In this document: positions 1 to 10,151 of the stretch, in pieces
How the letters are laid out: each line of letters starts with the position of its first letter
Numbering within the stretch: the first letter of the stretch is position 1
From: Gammaproteobacteria bacterium
Lineage (GTDB): Bacteria; Pseudomonadota; Gammaproteobacteria; Ga0077536
Assembly (NCBI GenBank): GCA_963662545.2
Contig: CAXXLL010000003.1
Coordinates: 1,504,001 to 1,568,000 of the forward strand
Direction of reading: 5' to 3'
DNA length: 64,000 nucleotides
The notes under the pieces: generated by a model
What the model was told of the DNA's origin: nothing
Databases searched by the model: none
Seen by the model: the letters and a program-made list of their open reading frames with translations, nothing else
Program-made: the position numbers and the translations under genes

Positions 1-1116
1 CGGCACCGGCAGCAGTTTCTGCCGTGCCAGTTCGTAGCGTTTCTGATAGAAATCAGATTTCTGCAAGGCGTCGATCGCCTGCTGTTTGAATGTCACGCCC
101 TCAATGAAATTGATGCCGCTCCAGCCGGCGCCGCCCAGCAACAGGATCATGCCCGCCGCGGCGAGACGGACGCGGTAGCGGTGCATGGAGTAGAACTGCG
201 TTTCGGCGCGTTTCGCATAATGATTGGGCGGCGCCCGATCGGCGAGAAGTTTGGCGAATATCAAATCACCGTAGTGCGAATCGCCAGATTGTTTGCACCC
301 CAGGCGCCGTGTGACTTCATCCACTTCGAGGAGCAAGAATCGCTCCTGATCGGTATCGCGACAGTGCTGTTCGAGCTCGGTCAGTAATTGACCCTGGCTC
401 AAGATGTAAATGTTCAGGGGGCTGTCGCGCGAAATAAGCGCGAGACTGTTAAGGTAGCGACGCAGCTTTTCGACCTCGCCCATCAAGTGTGCGGCGAAAG
501 GGACTGAACCCAGGCGCGGCATATACGCGAGGCGGCTGATCTTGAGCTGCTGATCGCGGAAGAAGGTCTGTCTCAGACCACTCGCTTTCTGCAGGCTGAT
601 CAGGAGCACGTTAGTCTCGGTCGCACCGATTTTCTTAAGCAGACCTTCGCTCAGGATCGGCAGTGAGTAGATCCCCGCAAGCGGAACTTTGTGATCGATG
701 AGGATATCGATCCAGGGGGTCAGGATCTCCGGCCGTGTGATCGCGGTCAGCAGCACGTGGTCGTCCCGGCGGCCTTCGGATTCGCGTCCCTGGCGCAGGG
801 CATGATGATAAGGCGTGCCGCGAAACAGCCTTGCGTACTTGCGTTCCAGCACCGCCTTGCGATCCGCTCCCCCGACGTGGGGAATGGTGTCCTGCCGATA
901 CTCTTCTTCGACCGCGTCGACCAGCAAACACACGGGCGCGGGTGGCAGATCGCTCAAAGCGCGGTTGAACAGCACGAGCCCGGCTTCGTCGGCGTTGAAT
1001 ATATAGGCGTGTGCCAGTTCGCCGGCTTCGAACAGATAGAGTATGGCGCGCTCGGCCGCCACCAGAAGAACGCGGGTTTCGCTGATGCTAAAAGTCGATT
1101 TGAGTAAAGAGATCAT
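1..1116 (-). CDS. Pilus-assembly protein, PilM/PilN (MshI-like) type, 3' end runs off the window
   Basis: Absent from the ORF track because it has no stop in the window. Manual translation from ATG 1116 (overlapping the end of the GspF-family gene) stays open to base 1: MISLLKSTFSISETRVLLVAAERA...LLVDAVEEEYRQDTIPHV...GLRQTFFRDQQLKISRL..., with a hydrophobic TM segment (LAAAGMILLLGGAGWSGI) near the end. Confidence 0.7.
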   Translation of the reverse strand, partial: MISLLKSTFSISETRVLLVAAERAILYLFEAGELAHAYIFNADEAGLVLFNRALSDLPPAPVCLLVDAVEEEYRQDTIPHVGGADRKAVLERKYARLFRGTPYHHALRQGRESEGRRDDHVLLTAITRPEILTPWIDILIDHKVPLAGIYSLPILSEGLLKKIGATETNVLLISLQKASGLRQTFFRDQQLKISRLAYMPRLGSVPFAAHLMGEVEKLRRYLNSLALISRDSPLNIYILSQGQLLTELEQHCRDTDQERFLLLEVDEVTRRLGCKQSGDSHYGDLIFAKLLADRAPPNHYAKRAETQFYSMHRYRVRLAAAGMILLLGGAGWSGINFIEGVTFKQQAIDALQKSDFYQKRYELARQKLLPVP

Positions 1117-2293
1117 AAATTGGACCTAGTACAGAGGCCATAATCCAGAACAGGAGTGCGCCTAGAACCACTGTGATCCCGGGCATGATCATCTCCTGCA
1201 ATCGTTCGATCGTTTCGGCCACGTCGCGCGCGTAGAAATAGCTGACGTTGTCGAGCGCCTCTCCAAGCGCGCCGGTATTCTCGCCGACCTGCAACATGCG
1301 TACGACCAGCGGCGGGAACAACCCGGTCGCTGCAAAGCTCGCGCTGATGCCGCCGCCATCCGCGATCATCCTGCCGGCATCGCGCAGCGCCGTGGCGACG
1401 GCGCGGTTACCCGAAACATCTTCAGCGCTTCTGATGGAATCGAGGACCGTAATGCCCGACGAATACATGATTGAGAACACCTGGCATACCCGTGTCACGA
1501 TCAGCTTTTTCATGACCGGGCCGATCAGCGGCAAACGCAGCACGATGTTGTCGATGCGTTCGGCGAATTTCGGATTCGTCTTGAACCCGATGACGACGCC
1601 GCCGATCAAAATGATCGGCGTCAGCAGAACCACATACCAGTATTCGGTCATGAATACCGAAGTCGCGATCAAGGCCTTCGTCTGCAATGGGAGCTCCTGG
1701 CCCATCGTCGCCAGAAAGGAAATCAGTTGGGGCACGACATAGAGCATCAGGAAAAAGAGCACCGCGATGACGATGACTGTCACGATTGCCGGATACACCA
1801 ACAACTTCTTGGTATAGGCTATTTGCTCGTCCTGCCATTTCAGATTCTCTATGATCTTACCGAGCACGCGGTTTAACTGACCGCTCTCCTCCCCGGCGCG
1901 GATCAGAGAAACAAAAACAGGGCTGAACACGAAGGGGAAATCCTCCATCGCCCCGGACAGGTTCTTGCCGCCCTCGATGGCTTCGATGATGGCGGCAGTC
2001 ACTTCCCTCAGACGCTTGTTGTCGACGGTGTCCCGGATATCACCCAAACCTTCGAGAATGGGCACGCCGGCGCGCACGAGGTGTTCGAGATGAAAGCAGA
2101 ACGTGATCAGATCCGTGCGCTTGACGCCGCGGCCCGTTATGTTCTTGGTGCGCGAGCTCAACTCGCGGAAATTGACGAGGTCGAGCCCTAGGCGGCTCAG
2201 GCGGAGTTCGAGATCAGCCGGGTTCACGGCATCGACGCGCCCCTGGATCGTGCGGCCCTGGGCGTTGATGGCCTTGTAACGGTAGGCTTCCAT
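1088..2293 (-). CDS. Type II secretion/type IV pilus inner-membrane platform protein (GspF/PilC/MshG family)
   Basis: 401 aa; YRYKAINAQG N-terminus, two GspF domains (LIRAGEESGQL, MLQVGENTGAL), TM segments. Confidence 0.92.
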   Translation of the reverse strand: MEAYRYKAINAQGRTIQGRVDAVNPADLELRLSRLGLDLVNFRELSSRTKNITGRGVKRTDLITFCFHLEHLVRAGVPILEGLGDIRDTVDNKRLREVTAAIIEAIEGGKNLSGAMEDFPFVFSPVFVSLIRAGEESGQLNRVLGKIIENLKWQDEQIAYTKKLLVYPAIVTVIVIAVLFFLMLYVVPQLISFLATMGQELPLQTKALIATSVFMTEYWYVVLLTPIILIGGVVIGFKTNPKFAERIDNIVLRLPLIGPVMKKLIVTRVCQVFSIMYSSGITVLDSIRSAEDVSGNRAVATALRDAGRMIADGGGISASFAATGLFPPLVVRMLQVGENTGALGEALDNVSYFYARDVAETIERLQEMIMPGITVVLGALLFWIMASVLGPIYDLFTQIDF

Positions 2294-2300
2294 CGCCTAT

Positions 2301-4010
2301 TTAGTCCAGGCGCTCCGTCAGGTCGACCACGCGGGATACTTCGTCGAGCGAGGTAATGCCTTCGATCACGCGTTTGATGGCGACGTCCGCTAGCGTCTGA
2401 AAGCCTTTTCTGCGCGCCGCCTCGGTCATTTCCCTGAACGTTGCGTTCTGCGCGATCAATTCGTCCAGCTCGCGATCGAAGCGCAACAGTTCCATCAATG
2501 CCATTCTCCCTTCATAACCCTGGTGGGGCGCGTGGCGATGCTCTTCGACGACACGGTAGATGGGATGGCCTCGGTAGGCCGGATCGATGCCTAGAATACG
2601 GCGTTCGACCGCGCTCGGCTCGTAAGCTTCCTTACACTCCTCCTTGAGCACGCGCATCAGGCGCTGCGCCAAAATACCGATGAGGTTGCCGGCCATGATG
2701 TCGGATTTGATCCCCATGTCGGACAGGCGCGGGATCGCGCCAAGCGACGAATTCGTATGCAGAGTGGAGAATACCTGGTGGCCGGTCATCGCCGCGCGAA
2801 AGGCCATGGCCGCGGTGTCTTCATCTCGAATTTCGCCGACCAGGATGATGTCCGGATCCTGGCGCAGCATCGAACGTACGCCGCCGGCGAAATCGAGGCG
2901 GACGGTTTCGTTGATCGAGGTCTGCCGGATCATGCCCATGGGATATTCCACCGGGTCTTCGAGCGTCATGATGTTAACGGCCTCGGTGTTCAGATGATTG
3001 AGCAGACTGTAAAGTGTGGTCGTTTTGCCACTCCCGGTCGGCCCCGTCACAAGCAGGAGACCCTCGGGACGGGCATCCATGAGCTTGAGCGTCACCAGGA
3101 TTTCTTCATCGAGCCCGAGCGCCTCGATGGGCACGATGCCCTTCTGCCGGTCGAGGATACGCAGCACGATGTTCTCGCCGTGCACCGTCGGCAGGGTGGA
3201 CACGCGAAAATCGATCTGCCGGCCCGACAGGGTCAGGGTAATGCGGCCGTCCTGTGGCCCACGCGTCTCCGCAATGTCCATGCCTGACATGACCTTTAGG
3301 CGCACCGCGAGTGCGGACCAGTAGTTTTTGTGCAGGGATCGTATCTGGCGCAGCACACCGTCGATGCGATAGCGGAATCTCAAAAATCCTTCTTCGGGCT
3401 CGAAATGAATGTCCGAAGCACCCCGCTTGACCGCGCCGGACAACAGCGCGTTGACCAGCCTTACGACGGGCTGACTGTATTCTTCGCTATCGGCATCCAG
3501 GCTCTCGTAGTCGATCTCGCCGGTTTCGATTTCGCGCAGAATGCCGTCGACGGAAAGTTCGAAGCCGTAGAACTGATCGATGGCCTTTTCGATTTCTGCC
3601 TCGCCGGCCATCAGCGGCTGGATATCGACATCGCCGCCCAGACGCGCTGCGATTTGATCGAGCGCAACGACGTTGAAAATGTCTGCCATCGCGAGCGTCA
3701 GCCGGTTGCTGTTCGCGTCAAAGGTCAGCGGCAAAATGTGGAACCGCCGCGCCATGTCCTTTGGGATCAGGCGAATCGCTTCTGCATCGACCACCACCTG
3801 CGAAAGCAGCGCCTTTTGCTGGCCGAGCGCGCCGCCCAATACGTCGAGGATAATGGCTTCGGTAGCAAAGCCGAGCCTGACGAGAATCTTGCCCAGGTGA
3901 TCGCGGTTCTTGGCCTGCTCGGTCAGTGCGATACGGATTTGATCCGAACTGACGACACCCTTCTGGACGAGCAGCTCGCCGATGCGCAGCGATATCTTGG
4001 GTTCGTTCAT
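2301..4010 (-). CDS. GspE/PilB/MshE-family assembly ATPase
   Basis: N-terminal RIGELLVQKGVV (MshEN-like), ASDIHFEP, Walker A GPTGSGKTT, TLEDPVEY, LRQDPDIILVGEIRD, His box TGHQVFSTLHTN. Confidence 0.95.
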   Translation of the reverse strand: MNEPKISLRIGELLVQKGVVSSDQIRIALTEQAKNRDHLGKILVRLGFATEAIILDVLGGALGQQKALLSQVVVDAEAIRLIPKDMARRFHILPLTFDANSNRLTLAMADIFNVVALDQIAARLGGDVDIQPLMAGEAEIEKAIDQFYGFELSVDGILREIETGEIDYESLDADSEEYSQPVVRLVNALLSGAVKRGASDIHFEPEEGFLRFRYRIDGVLRQIRSLHKNYWSALAVRLKVMSGMDIAETRGPQDGRITLTLSGRQIDFRVSTLPTVHGENIVLRILDRQKGIVPIEALGLDEEILVTLKLMDARPEGLLLVTGPTGSGKTTTLYSLLNHLNTEAVNIMTLEDPVEYPMGMIRQTSINETVRLDFAGGVRSMLRQDPDIILVGEIRDEDTAAMAFRAAMTGHQVFSTLHTNSSLGAIPRLSDMGIKSDIMAGNLIGILAQRLMRVLKEECKEAYEPSAVERRILGIDPAYRGHPIYRVVEEHRHAPHQGYEGRMALMELLRFDRELDELIAQNATFREMTEAARRKGFQTLADVAIKRVIEGITSLDEVSRVVDLTERLD

Positions 4011-4037
4011 TTGAAACCGGGTGTTTTCGGCACCCGC

Positions 4038-5738
4038 CTAGGGAGCAAGCGTGCTGGACAGATTGCTGATCCGCTGGAGCACATTGGCCGGGTTGAAGTT
4101 GCCGCCGCTGGCGTCGGCGAGACTCAAACTTTTCTGGTAATAGTTCAATGCCGCCGGACCCTGCCCTAAGCGATCGAGGCTGACGGCGAGATTGAAGTTG
4201 TAATCGGCGTTTTCGGCATCGAGGCCGACGGCCGAGAAATAAGCCTGCTGAGCATTACCCCAGCGGCCTTGCCTGGCATACCAATTGCCGAGCGCAAAAT
4301 GGATGAACGCGGAGTCGCCATGGCTGTCGAGCAGCATGCGCAGGCGCGCGGCCGTCGCTTCACCCCTACCGCCCGTCAGCGACAGGAGCGCGGCGGTCGC
4401 CACCGGATCGTCGGGGACCCGCTTGAGCACGGCGGCGTAATGCCGGTAAGCCGTCGCCAGATCACCCTCCCCTTGTGCAATCGCCCCGAGGCCTAAAAGC
4501 GCATCGCGGCGGTCGGGATGACCCGCCAGCGCCGTTTCGTATCGGGACTTGGCTGTTGCCATGTCGCCGTTGGAGAAGGCGTCGTAAGCGCCCTGGATGT
4601 CAGCGTCGACCGCCGCCGGCTTGCGGGTGCGTGAAATGCGGACTTCGCCGACGCCAACGTCGATCACGGGCTCAGTCGATATCGGGGGAGGTGCTGGCAC
4701 CGAGGGCGTTCCTGTCGGTAGGGGCGCTTCGGCAATTGGTGCCGGCTCGACTTCGGGCAAGGGCTCATCCGATTCAACTGTTGCGATTTCCACCGGCGCT
4801 TTCATGGCGAGAGCTGCCTCGGAGGTTTGCGGCGCGAGGTCCTGTCGCCCTTCGACCAGGGGCAGGGGCTCGGTTTCACTAATCGTCAACGGTGGCCGGG
4901 TATCGATGCGCGGCAACGCGGCCGCAGCGCTCGTTGTCCTCGGTTGAATCGGGACCACCGGCAGTTCGCGGGAGTCCTGGCGTTCGACGCCGTCGGCGAC
5001 AGCCGGCGATGGCATGGTGCGCTGCTCGGGCGTCTGCTGGGCGTAGAAAAACCCGATGATCCCGATGCCGATTACGATCAATAGGGCAAGAGAAGCGCCG
5101 ATCAGTAAAATCGGCCGCGAGCGCGGTCGCTCGCCGGCCGCAAAGACCGTTTGCGCACCGACGACGGTATGTGCCGCGACGTCCTCGAGCGTGCTATCTC
5201 CGGCGCTGCGCGAATCGCCGCGGGGCAATTCCATCGATTGTGATTGTTCGAAATAGGCTTCCAAATCATGTTGCACCGCGCGCGTCGAGGGAAGGGTTGA
5301 GGTTTGGTCCGATCGTGCGCGCGCACCTCCGCGCGTCGTCGCGCCCGTCGAATCCGCGCCGGTTTCGAGCGTATCGGATCGCGTATCGTCCTGACCGATG
5401 TCGTCGTCGACCTCGAGCGGTGTGAGTTCGAGCCCGTCGGACTGCATCATCGAAGCGCTGGTATCGCCGTCTTCGAATGGATCCAGCGGTTCCATTTCGA
5501 GCTGCGCCGGCGGCTGTTCGAGCGCGGCGGACTCCTCTTCAAGCGAGGCGGCCTCGATCTGCATGGTGACGTCTTCGGGTCCGGCCGCCGCCGATTGCAC
5601 CGTAACCGCGCCCGTATCGACGCCCGGCTCTGGCGCCTTTTCCGCGCCCGCCGGCCGGGCTGTCTCTTTGCCCTCTTGCGCTTCCTGCCGCTTCTTCTCC
5701 TCTTCGGCGCGACGCAGGGCGTCCATCAACAAACTCAT
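4038..5738 (-). CDS. Membrane-anchored TPR protein (MshN/GspB-like)
   Basis: MSLLMDALRRAEEEK N-terminus, acidic low-complexity linker, one TM helix, C-terminal TPRs (FALGNWYARQGRW...FNLAVSLDRLG). Confidence 0.8.
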   Translation of the reverse strand: MSLLMDALRRAEEEKKRQEAQEGKETARPAGAEKAPEPGVDTGAVTVQSAAAGPEDVTMQIEAASLEEESAALEQPPAQLEMEPLDPFEDGDTSASMMQSDGLELTPLEVDDDIGQDDTRSDTLETGADSTGATTRGGARARSDQTSTLPSTRAVQHDLEAYFEQSQSMELPRGDSRSAGDSTLEDVAAHTVVGAQTVFAAGERPRSRPILLIGASLALLIVIGIGIIGFFYAQQTPEQRTMPSPAVADGVERQDSRELPVVPIQPRTTSAAAALPRIDTRPPLTISETEPLPLVEGRQDLAPQTSEAALAMKAPVEIATVESDEPLPEVEPAPIAEAPLPTGTPSVPAPPPISTEPVIDVGVGEVRISRTRKPAAVDADIQGAYDAFSNGDMATAKSRYETALAGHPDRRDALLGLGAIAQGEGDLATAYRHYAAVLKRVPDDPVATAALLSLTGGRGEATAARLRMLLDSHGDSAFIHFALGNWYARQGRWGNAQQAYFSAVGLDAENADYNFNLAVSLDRLGQGPAALNYYQKSLSLADASGGNFNPANVLQRISNLSSTLAP

Positions 5739-7026
5739 GTCAACAACCTCCGCCCATCCCGTTTACGGCGTCGCCCTGCCCCTTAGATATTCGCGGTAGT
5801 CTTTCAGATCCGTGTTGACGCTCGGGTCACGCACGATGACGGGGCGCAGGAAGATCACGAGCTCCGTTTTAGTCATCCTGATTTCGTCTGCATTGAAGAG
5901 GAGGTCACCAATGAAGGGGATCTTCGACAAGCCGGGCACTTCACGTTGACCGGTTTGGACTTCGTCCTGCATCAAACCGCCCAGCACCGCGATCTGTCCG
6001 TCGACGAGCTTGAGTACCGATTCCATTTCCCGTACGCGAATGATCGGCACGAGATTGGTCACCGTCGGGTTCACCGCGCCCGCAACTTGTGCCGCCAGTT
6101 GGGGACCGGGATCGATCGCGTCGCCGATCCGCTGCGAGATGGTGGGGCGCACCGTCAACGTAATTTCGTCATTCGAAGAAATCTGCGGCGTCACCGCCAT
6201 CACCAGACCGACCGGCACCGAGTGGACCTCAGACTCGACGATCGTACGCCCTTGCGAGGTTGCCGTTGAGTCTTTGTCCGTTACCTCGACGGTGAAATAG
6301 ACCAGTTCCTCGACGACTTTCAGCACCGCCGTCTGGTTGTTCAAGACCATTAGCCGAGGGCTAGACAGTACGGTCGTATCGCCGAATTCGCGCAACAGGC
6401 GGACGGTCGCCTGGATGGCGTTGTTGCCAACCGTGGGATCGAAATAGGTCACACGGGTCGCCGAAATGGCGTTATCGATAACGCCGTCGGTGATCGCGCC
6501 CAGCAGACTCTGCGAGACGTCGAAACCCGCTTCTTCGTTCAGAAAAAAGTCCCAGTCGACCCCCGCCTGGTATTGATCGTTCAGCGTCACCTCGACGATC
6601 GTCGCTTCGACCAGGACCTGCCGCCGCACACTGACCAGGACCTTGTCGACGTACTCTTCGATGAACCGATGCTGGCGGCTGGTGGCTTTGACCGACATCA
6701 ACCCTGCTTCCGCGTTGATGATGACTTTGTCCGAAATCTCCTCGCCGCCAGCGCTCCCGGTTTCACCGAGTATCGCCAGCACATTGTCGTGCAGCGTTTC
6801 CCAGAAGCGGTTGTAGGATCGCGAACGCAATCGGGTCGACGACCTGTTTGCGCCGCCGCCGCTTCCGCCACCACTGTCGTCGACCGTACCACCACCCGTC
6901 GTGGCGACGCGGGTCTCGACCGTAACCGTGGTGTCGACTTCACGCGACAGATTGACGTAACCGACCTCGTAGGTCCGCAGGTACGGCTCATCGGTCGTGA
7001 TGATGTAGGTTTCGCCGCTCAGTTCG

Positions 7027-8412
7027 GAGTTATAACTGAATCTGGTGTTTGAGCGAGTTGAATAAAGGCGGCGTATCTGGTTGAAATGTTGTTACCAAGC
7101 AGCAAGCCAACCAAAGAGGATACGCCACCATGAGAGAGAGTAAGGTTGTTGAATTATCAGGTCGAGAAGGAATACCAGAGCCGTTGACGGAGGTTTTGAG
7201 AAACGGTGCACGGGCGCTGATTGAGCGAGCAGTTGAAAGCGAGCTGGCAGAATATATGGCGCAGTATTCAGGACATCGCACGGCGGACGACAAAGCAGGT
7301 GTGGTTCGCAACGGCTATTTGCCGGAACGCCAGTTGCAGACGGGCTTGGGGCCGGTGACGGTGAGGATCCCGAAGGTTCGTTCGAAGCTCGGCGAGCCGG
7401 TGACCTTCCGTTCAGCGCTGGTGCCGCCGTATGTGCGCAAGACAAGAACCTTGGAGGCGGCCGTGCCGTGGCTGTATTTGAAGGGCGTTTCCAGTGGCGA
7501 AATGGGCGCTGCGCTGGAAGTTTTGTTGGGGCCGCAGGCGAAGGGCCTGTCGGCGAGCACCGTGTCGCGCTTGAAGCAGGTGTGGGCGCAAGAATACCGC
7601 GACTGGTGCGAGGGGCGATTGGACCAAGACCGCTGGGTGTAGGTGTGGGCGGACGGTGTCTACAGTGGCCTGCGGGCGGAGCACACGAAGCTGTGTGCGT
7701 TGGTGGTGATCGGCGTCAATGAGCGAGGCGAGAAGCGTTTTTTGGCGATGGAGGATGGTGTGCGGGAGTCCACGCAGAGCTGGCGCGAGGTGTTGCTGAA
7801 ATTGAAGTCACGCGGGATGAATATTCCCAAGCTGGCGATCGGGGACGGTGCCATGGGCTTCTGGGCCGCACTGGAGGAAGTCTACGGTGAGACCCGCCAG
7901 CAACGCTGCTGGATGCACAAGACGATGAACGTGCTGAACTGCCTACCGAAGTCGGCACAGGCCAAAGCCAAGCAAGCCCTGCACGCGATCTGGCAGGCCG
8001 CGACAAAGGCCGACGCCGAGAAGGCGTTCGAGCTGTTCCTCAAGACCTATGAACCGAAGTATCCCAAGGCGACCCTGTGCCTACAGAAAGACCGTGAGGA
8101 GTTGCTGGCGTTCTATGATTTTCCGGCACCACATTGGCAAAGCATTCGCACGAGCAATCCGATTGAATCCACCTTCGCTACGATCCGGCACCGGACCCGG
8201 CGCTCCAAGGGCGGTCTCTCTCGGGACGGCATGCTCCATATGATGTTCAAGCTGGGGCGGTGTGCGCAGAAGAATTGGCGACGCCTACGTGGATTCGACT
8301 ACCTGGCCAAGGTGATTACTGGAGTTAAATTTGAAGATGGTATCGAGGTGACAAGGGTCAATCAGGTCGCCGCTTGATTCAACCGCCTGAACACCACTTT
8401 TGACAATAACTC
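7027..8412 (+). mobile_element. IS256-family insertion sequence
   Basis: Imperfect terminal IRs (GAGTTATAACTGAATCTGGTGTT / reverse complement GAGTTATTGTCAAAAGTGGTGTT) and 9-bp target duplication CTCAGTTCG at 7018-7026 and 8413-8421. Confidence 0.95.
7130..8377 (+). pseudogene. IS256 transposase with in-frame amber stop
   Basis: Motifs RNGYLPER, WADGVY, GDGAMGFW, QRCWMHK, IRTSNPIES. TAG at 7640-7642 in RWV*VWADG, where homologues usually have Tyr. Confidence 0.88.
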
Positions 8413-8921
8413 CTCAGTTCGTAACGCAGGTCAACCTGCCGGGCAATGCGTTCGAGGACCTGGGGCAAGGTTTGATCGATGGCGTTGAGCGTGACCTTGC
8501 CCTCAACCGCACCACCGATGTCGATATTGAGTTCGGCGTCGCGGGCGAGAGCGAATAGCAGTTCGCGCACCGGGACGTTGTTGACCACCACCGTGTAGCG
8601 TTCGCTTTCGGGGACCGGCTCCGGCGCGGGTACGAAGGGCGCCTGGCTGACGACCTCCGGGATATCCCGTGACGGCTGCGCCGCGGCTTCGAGATGCCCC
8701 CCGGGCGCCGCAGGCTCGGGTCGCATCTGTGTGCAGCTGACGAGGCCCGCCACTATCAAGCCCGCAGCAATTCCTCTCAAATTCATGTGCTTAAGCCCAT
8801 CCTCGGGACGAAATGTCCCATAGATCTAAGATAACACATTATATATATATTACAACTTACTAATAATAAACAAATAATTAAAGTGTTCTGTCCTCAAATG
8901 AGGCACGGCCGGGTCCTTCGC

Positions 8922-10145
8922 TCACTCGCCGTCGCGGATCCATCTCGCCATCGTATCGGGCGCCAGGCGGCGCGGCGCCGTCAGCGGTGCCAAGTGATCG
9001 ATACTCACCATGCCCGTGATGGTCGATACCGTTGGGTATACAGGTCGATTATCGTTAAATTCCCGCGCGGTTTCAGCCGCGCGCTCGGGTATTGCGTCAC
9101 GGGCCCGCAGATCGCCCGCGCCGGTCGGCGCCGCGCGTTCTGCGGGCGCCGGCAAGGGCCCCTCGACAATGAGCCTATCGCCGTCCGCCGCTTCTGACTT
9201 TAAGGTTCCGGTTCCGTAGGACGCGGGCGGGAGGATTTCCCGCTCGTAGGTCAGCGTCCAGACCGCCGTGATCGCGACGATCACCACACCCGCCGCCGCG
9301 ATCACGCGCTTCAGCGCCGCTCTAGCGCGGTGCCGCGGTCGAAATTCGCTGTCGCGCACGGCGAGGCGCACGTGGCCCGGCTTAACCACCGCCTCGTTCG
9401 CCGCAAAGGCCGCCAGCAGCGCCTTGTCGGCGAGTATATTGATTCGCCGCAGTAATCCCCGGGAATGCCGTTCAAGCTCCTTGATCGCCGCCGTAGTGAA
9501 CAGTTCGTTGCCACGGTAGCCACTGGCCCGGATCCGCGTCGACACATAGTCACGTATTTGATCCGCGTCGAAAGGCGCCAGTTCGAATCCGTGCGTGATG
9601 CGCTCGCGCAGTTGACGGATTTCGTGCAGGTCCAGTTTATCGTCGAGTTCAGGCTGTCCGAACAGAACTATCTGCAACAGTTTTTCCTGAGTGGTCTCGA
9701 GATTGCTGAGCAGGCGGATCTCTTCGAGCGTTTCCACGGGCATACCCTGCGCCTCTTCGACGAAGACGATGACCCGAGCATTCTGCGCATGCTTGGCCAG
9801 AACATACTCCTGCAAAGCATGCATGACCTTGAGTTTGACCTCGGCAGGATCGAGCTCGATACCGAGTTCGATTGCGATCGCGTGCAGGATTTCGGCCGGC
9901 GTGAGGTGCGGATTGACGAGGTATACGATTTCGCAGGACGGGGGTAGTTCCCGTTCGAGCATGCGGCACAACATGGTCTTGCCGCTGCCGACTTCGCCGA
10001 CTACCTTGACGATCCCCTCGCCGCGCATAACGGCGTAAACGAGGGCTTCGAGCACCGCGCCCCGGTTCCCGCCGGGAAAGAAGAATTCGGGATCGGGCGT
10101 GATCCTGAACGGCGGTTTAGCCAGTCCGAAATGCTGTTCGTACAT
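8922..10145 (-). CDS. ExeA/MshM-family AAA ATPase
   Basis: MYEQHFGLAKPPFRITPDP N-terminus, Walker A GEVGSGKT, EEAQ, LQIVLFGQPEL. Confidence 0.92.
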   Translation of the reverse strand: MYEQHFGLAKPPFRITPDPEFFFPGGNRGAVLEALVYAVMRGEGIVKVVGEVGSGKTMLCRMLERELPPSCEIVYLVNPHLTPAEILHAIAIELGIELDPAEVKLKVMHALQEYVLAKHAQNARVIVFVEEAQGMPVETLEEIRLLSNLETTQEKLLQIVLFGQPELDDKLDLHEIRQLRERITHGFELAPFDADQIRDYVSTRIRASGYRGNELFTTAAIKELERHSRGLLRRINILADKALLAAFAANEAVVKPGHVRLAVRDSEFRPRHRARAALKRVIAAAGVVIVAITAVWTLTYEREILPPASYGTGTLKSEAADGDRLIVEGPLPAPAERAAPTGAGDLRARDAIPERAAETAREFNDNRPVYPTVSTITGMVSIDHLAPLTAPRRLAPDTMARWIRDGE

Positions 10146-10151
10146 TAGGTT

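Larger units (their letters stand above)
5763..8786 (-). pseudogene. MshL-type secretin lipoprotein interrupted by IS256
   Basis: N-terminal part has lipoprotein signal (MNLRGIAAGLIVAGLVSC) and STN domain; C-terminal part has secretin motifs (SSPRLMVLNNQTAVLKV, VPGLSKIPFIGDLLF, KTELVIFLRP). Removing the IS and one TSD copy restores one frame (DLRYELS-GETYIITTDEPYLRTY), 542 aa. Confidence 0.92.
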
